DNA from: Nemertoderma westbladi
Taxonomy: Eukaryota > Animalia > Xenacoelomorpha
DNA: 64,000 nt
Direction of reading: 5' to 3'
Assembly: GCA_032718475.1 (NCBI GenBank)
Contig: JAUCBJ010005005.1
Coordinates: forward strand, 1 to 64,000
Each line of letters starts with the position of its first letter. Positions within the stretch are counted from its first letter, which is position 1. Made by a program: the position numbers and the translations under genes. Below are positions 58,028 through 64,000 of this stretch, piece by piece. The notes below the pieces were generated by a model. It was given only the letters and a program-made list of their open reading frames with translations. It was not told where the DNA came from and did not search any database.

Positions 58028-58677
58028 TTTCCTTGGGAAGGTTTCCAAGTTGCCTTGGGAAGGAGCCCGACCCCAGACCAGATACAATCCACATTATCCC
58101 AGGCAGGTTGCCAAAGAAAATAAGTAGTAGAAAGGAGACCATTACAGTATTATACCCCATCAAAGTGTTGTTAGGCCTATATTATATAATCTCTCAACCA
58201 GTTTAATAGTCTGTAATGTAACGCAATGAAATGGAGCCCAATTGACCACTGCAAGGGGGGCGCCCACTGGCTCCTGCCTTTGTTTCTGTGCTTTGGTTAG
58301 ACGACGTCGCTGTGCGCTGTGCCTTGCCTGTCAAGCAGGGTTCAATATATACCAATGAACGATAGCATAAATAAGATAGGCACTCTGACTCTGATGATAT
58401 ATAATGAATTATGTAATTTTTTCTGGGCACACTGACCAACGTGATTGGATATTGCGTAGCTTGTCTTGCCGAGTCACAACTAAATAACCTGTGGGTGGCT
58501 ATGTATTTTAATTCAATATTATTATTAATACCATGAAAATTACTTTGAAATGTAATTAATTAGAACATTAATTTTTTTCAACAAAAAATTTTTTTTTGAC
58601 TTTCAACAAATCAAAAAAGTGTATTTCATAATGTACAGGTACCATAATTAGTTCAATTTCAAAATGTGGCAGTTTAT

Positions 58678-59113
58678 CTCCAGCTATACTCACTACCGGT
58701 TGAACATCTCCCGCTACACACAATACCGGTTGAACATATCCAGTTACACTCACTACCAGTTGAACATCTTCAGTTACACTCAATACAGGTTGAACATCTT
58801 CAGTTACACTCACTACCGGTTGAACATCTCCAGCTACACTCACTACCGGTTGAACATCTCCAGTTCCTCTCACTACCAGTTGAACATCTTCAGTTACACT
58901 CAGTACTGGTTGAACATCGTCAGCTACACTCACTACCGGTTGAACATCTCCAGCTACTCTCACTACCGATTGAACATCTTCAGTTACACTCACTACCAGT
59001 TAAAAATCACCAGTTACACTCAGTACTGGTTAAACATCTTCAGCTGCACTCACTACTGGTTGAACATCTTCAGCTACACTCACTACTGGTTGAACATCTT
59101 CAGCTACACTCAC
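58678..59113. repeat. 30-bp minisatellite (cagctacactcactaccggttgaacatctt), ~14 copies
   Basis: Direct periodicity; repetitive ORFs appear in several frames. Confidence 0.92.
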
Positions 59114-59139
59114 CTAGAGTATATCTACAGTTCTATAAA

Positions 59140-59403
59140 GTAACTTGTAAATGGACCAGTAGACTTGTAAATAATCTTGTACTCGCAAGTACGCAGTCTC
59201 ATGGAGTGAATAAGCATAGTAGTGGACAGCCCATGACTTTCTTGAGGCACATCTCAAAGGACACTGGCCTTGAAGATGCGGATGATCTAGCAAATGTCAT
59301 GGGTAATAGGGATTTGTCGCGTTGCAATTTTGTGGACATGCCGGCACAGCATTCTTAAAATTCACCTGCAATGAAGCGTACCGATCCTAGTAGTAGTAGT
59401 AGT
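59140..59403 (+). mobile_element. RTE-type LINE 3' end remnant with (TAG)n tail
   Basis: HG....GQPMTFLRHISKDTGLEDADDLANVMGNRD resembles RTE C-termini; tagtagtagtagtag at ~59388-59402. Confidence 0.6.
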
Positions 59404-61724
59404 GTAAATTGACCCCCCTCCCCAGATTTTCGCCAAAGGTTAAAATAAGCATTACAAATTTTCAGCTATTTAAAAATACTGTTAGGTGTTGAGTAGGCAA
59501 CCTATTCATTTAATACTAATACCGTAGACCTACTTCAAAACTCACTCCATTAATTAATTCAAGGCCAATTATCCTATCATATTGTGGCAAACGGGCATTT
59601 TGGGGGTTTTATCAGAACGAATAATTAAAAGTCCCTCTGACATTTAACAAATAAGAAACCCCCTAATATCTAATTTAAGGGGTTTTATCAGAAATTAAAC
59701 TCCATATTGAAGGTGCTTAAACAGAGTTTTTTCCTACTTAGGGGGTTTTAACAGATCAAGCGATATTTAGACGGGATCTTATTTTGCGTTTTTCTCCGTT
59801 ATTAACGCTGTTTTAACTTCTTTTCAGTTTCATTCATACATGGGCAATGTAGCCAAATAAAGCCGACCGCACAATTACAGTAATTGACGAAACAAATACA
59901 AAACTAGAACAGAGCATATCCAAACTTGTAGATACACAAAAACCACATAGATTTAGAAAGAAGCACAAAGGACAAAGCTAATAAGTGTACACGATATTAA
60001 CTGTAGAGGAGGGTACTGTCTCCTGCGCAAAGCAAAATCTAATCATGAGTATTATTTTACTGTAACTCGTAACTCAAAGAAAATGGGCCTTTTTCGAAGA
60101 AATCCTACATGGGCACATTTTGGAGTTAACCCGGCAAGAAGGCTTGGCTCATTGGAAGTGTATTTCGGTAAAGCTCAAAAGTATGCTCTGTTTAAAGCAT
60201 AACACGGCCAGACGACAGACATTAGGATGGGAACACGAACACACCATATTATCCTTCCCCTATTCATTCCAATGGTAGCCAGCTTGTCTTTCCGGCACTG
60301 GGGGTAGACCATTGGCTAGCTTTATGCATTGTGTTATACAGAGACAACAGCGGCAGGATAAAGAGAAATACCGATCTCGCTAATAATGGGCTGGTCCCAC
60401 AGGTCAGTTAAAGGTAGGTGGTACAGTAGGTACTACAGTTTGCATGTGCAAGGGCGCCAGTCCCTATTCGCTAGCCCAGTCTGCCATGAAGTTCCTGTAA
60501 AGCATTCAGACCCTTTCACTCTGTAGTATCCTAGCGTCCAGGAAGTTGTGAGTTGAGTGTGGGTAGGGTGGGTGGAGTGATTGACAGGTTGTTGGAAGTT
60601 GTCTGATTCTGTTTGAAGCTATCTGAAATTGTTTGAAGCTGTCTGAATCTGTTGGAAGTTGTTAGACTGTTGGAGTTTGTTGGAAAGTGTTTGAAGCTGT
60701 GTTGGATCCGATCGGTTCAGATCGGATCCGATGGCACTCTGTTGGTGAGCGGGACTGTACCTAGGAAATAACTAATTACAGGTAGCAATATAAGATGTTG
60801 CAGTATTTGTATATCCCACTGTTCCCACATTTTTTTTTCAAAAAAAAATGCAAAAATTTTTTTAAAATATTTCTTTAACAATATTAATAGTTTCAAAATG
60901 TTAAAAAGTTGTATAAAAAGCCGAATAACATTGAGCTGCCTAACTATATAGTAAGAATTGCTATGATATTATTAATATTTTCCATTTTTTTTATAACAAA
61001 ATTATTTTGAAAAGAGCTACCCGATTCACCTTCACATAAATCGCTATAACTTTTTTTGGAAATAGATATTGAGACACCGTTTTTTTTTGTTAAAATATCT
61101 GGAAAATTCTGCATCTCATAGGCCATCTCATAACTCAAAATTGACCTCCGGTGACATAAGGTCCCTTTTCTCGTGGCCAGCCACCGCTTGGACAGTTGGA
61201 TGTTGGATCTACATTCATCAAAGAATTTCACGAATACAGGATCTAAGTTCGTGTTATTGTTGTATTGTATTACATTTCTGCTGTACCAGTGTACCGTACC
61301 GCAGTACCGGCAATTTCCGACATTGTAATACTGTAATACCATGGTAATACACAGATATATTTGTGAAAATTTAATAAATAGGCTATAAATACGGTACTGA
61401 AATAGGCTACCTACCTACTGTGTACTGGTATTCATTGTCCAGTTGTCAGATTGTAACTGCAGTACTGCTGAACTCTGGTCATAAGTCAATCAATACAGTC
61501 ATCATAACACTGTACTGCTGTAACAGCATACAGCATAGCCTAAACAGCTAACACTAACAGGCTAAAGGAATCAAAAACAGGTTTGTCGGATCAGCAAAAT
61601 GTATACATGCAATGTATACAGGCACTCAGGCAGACAGGTCCAGATTTCAAAGTATGGCAAACCTGCGCCTGGACTTGTACGGTACTTCAATCACATACCG
61701 GTATTTATTTCTACGCCACAATAT

Positions 61725-61862
61725 TATCTGCGCCTGAGTCAAAAATTTTGCGCTTGAACAACGTTTTTCTGCGCCTGTGTCAAAAATTCTGCGCTTGAAC
61801 AACGTTTTTCATTTTTCTGCGCCTGAGTAAAAAATTATGCACTTGAACAAAAAAAATTTGCA
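61725..61862. repeat. ~40-bp tandem repeat, 3 copies
   Basis: tctgcgcctg.gtcaaaaatt.tgcgcttgaacaacgtttt is repeated. Confidence 0.8.
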
Positions 61863-62329
61863 CCGGGTGGCAGGGTGCCGGGCACCTGGCTGCCTGGGTT
61901 TGGGTATTCTGGCAGTCTGGTATTAACTGATTAATGTATTAAATTCTGCACCTGGCTGCCTGGGTAGGCAGGTAGGCCTGTATGTAGGCCTGCCTGCCTG
62001 TAGGAGGCCCTACTACCTGACTACAGCTGGATTAAATAGAGGCCCTACTTACCTCGCAAAAATTATCGGTCCTACGAATTATCTGTATTTGTACGGTAGG
62101 CCTACATAATACCGATAAATAAATAATTTTTATGTTATGTGTATTACAGTATTACAGTGTACTGTACCGGTATTACTGTAGGCCTATTAATTCTGTTGTA
62201 AGCCTACCGGTACCGTAATTAAAACAGACTTGTATTTGTGTACTGTGACTGTCTCTGTCTATGTACCAATGATGTACATAAGACGTAACGTACCGTACAG
62301 TGTACGGATGTACCTTACTCAGTAGGGAA

Positions 62330-62750
62330 CATACCCTTAAATAAGCTCCAAAAGTGGGTTCTTATTTAATGAAAATGGCTCTTATTTAGGGGTTTTTGGG
62401 CCTTTTTTGGATATTTTTTCGATTTAATATGCAATAACTTGTTTCAGGAAAAAATACCGCATAATTTTATTTCACAATGTAAAAGTTGGGTCTTTCTTGA
62501 ACATAAAGCAAAAAACCAGAAAACATTTCACCGTCCGGTTTTTTTTCTACAAGGTTTTAAAATTGCATCAAAAATAAGTCCCTAAATAAGTTCCTAAATA
62601 AGGGGGATTTTTTAAATTTACCTTATTTCTGTATTTAGGATATCGAAATTGTACACATAAATACTAAAAGTCCCTAAATAAGAACTTTTTGACCTGGGTT
62701 TCTTATTTAGGAATACAATTGTATTCCAAAATCTGCACATTCCTTAAGTA
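62330..62750. repeat. MITE-like segment with CCTAAATAAG motifs in both orientations
   Basis: cc(c/t)taaataag at 62336, 62580, 62593, 62672; cttattta(a/g) at 62361, 62380, 62702. Confidence 0.4.
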
Positions 62751-63579
62751 AAATAAATATTCCTTATTCCTTACAGTATGTGTTACACTTCTTCGTATAT
62801 TGCTAATTGGTGGGTTAAGGATAAGGACAATGGTTGCACTGCACTCTATAAATCCTCTATAGAATATCGTATCATAATGAAGTTGCTAGCACTGGCATTC
62901 TTAGCTCGCATGGTAGCATAGAATAGCCCATTGATATTCAAAAGAATAGCCCATCGCCCATCTGAGCGCACATACGTCATACATTGTCACGTATTTCGAT
63001 GAGACATGACTCATGTAACTGGACATCGCCGCACAGTTTCGAAAAACTAACTTGTGTCGTGCATTTCCTCTTCTGCTCCGCGTTACGCCCCACTTAGATG
63101 GATTGTCCACAAGTTGTACTTGAAAGGTGTGAAAAAAAAACCAATGTTAATGTAGGCACAAAGATGGTTCGGTTGGGCAGCTGATAGACGTTATGAAGGT
63201 TAAAGATGATGACTGGATGACGTTTTGGCTCAACTGGCTCAGGCAGCAGTGGGACACGTTCGTGGGACCTTTGCACAGCATGAAGTGAGCAAAGCCTCAG
63301 CTATCCCTAGCTGATAGGGGCCCCACTCCATTAACGTGTTGTCTTTCGTTAGTCAGAGGTCGTTCAACACAATACTTGTCTCCATAATTTGCCTCATTGC
63401 GTTTGTTTGTTTTTTACCAAACTTCAGATTATTTATAATCTTTTGACAGACTACATTGGCCTACAGACATACATACCAAGTTTCATTTAATTTCATCAAG
63501 GAATGACCGAGTTAATAGCGATAATAAATTTACAACGATGACAGACAACTCGTTAATAGCACCCATATGCTAAGGCTTC

Positions 63580-64000
63580 GCTCTGACTATGTTCTACGCA
63601 TGTCCTTAGATCATCATAATGATGATGGGGTGATGATAACTCCACCTACTGGCTCCAGAAGTCGAGGAAATCCTGCCAAGTACCTAACTGATCTAGACTT
63701 TGCTGATGACTTAGGAGTACTCTCAGAATCACTACGGCACTAGAGGGAGCCCAACGGCTCCTCAGCTCATTAGAACATGCTGCTTCTAGTGTTGGTCTTT
63801 TTATTAACTCCAGAAAGACCAAAATTTTGACAGTTAACTTTGAAAGTCCTCAGCAAGTCTCTGATCGGATGAGCATAAGCTCAAAAGATGGTATGCTTGA
63901 GCATGTGGAAGACTTCTGTTACCTGGGATCATGGATCCGGAAGTCAGGTGAGGACCTTCGAATACGTAAGGGAAAGGCATGGGCAGCCTTGAATAGGCTT
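63580..64000 (+). pseudogene. RTE-type LINE reverse transcriptase fragment (frameshifted, runs off the window)
   Basis: Translation DYVLRMSLD...YLTDLDFADDLGVLSE...AQRLLSSLEHAASSVGLFINSRKTK...VEDFCYLGSWI...RKGKAWAALNR. Confidence 0.8.

Noticed and set aside
58568-59143. Repetitive ORFs in three frames as genes
   Set aside because: Artefacts of a stop-free 30-bp minisatellite.

Overview
AT-rich eukaryotic, probably invertebrate, genomic DNA dominated by a ~49 kb nest (9182-58027) of BEL/Pao-type LTR retrotransposons. The nesting can be reconstructed from LTR pairs and target-site duplications (TSDs). An old truncated element A (-) hosts element B (9385-31541, -, TSD ATCTC), a piggyBac-like composite (33361-35336) and element D (36022-57411, -, TSD GACCA). 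B hosts element C (12875-20066, +, TSD TTAAA). D hosts an EnSpm-like element and an unclassified 1.2 kb insert. Outside the nest are a long foldback repeat, a 5'-truncated L2/CR1-type LINE, an intronless ODF3/SHIPPO-type gene, minisatellites and RTE-type LINE fragments. Main observation: none of the three LTR elements with an intact 5' LTR (B, C, D) has a TGG-type tRNA primer-binding site. In each, the 10-12 nt directly abutting the 5' LTR are the exact reverse complement of a segment inside the element's own LTR, in priming register and with further flanking pairing, which suggests self-primed reverse transcription. A, B and D also carry, in the env position, a large accessory ORF; in B and D it has a DEDD-type 3'-5' exonuclease domain and CCHC knuckles, a candidate primer-maturation or small-RNA enzyme (deleted in A). 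D additionally has TA...TA termini, a tRNA-like Pol III promoter in U3 and ten dispersed copies of a short hairpin motif. All calls are by eye; no searches were run.
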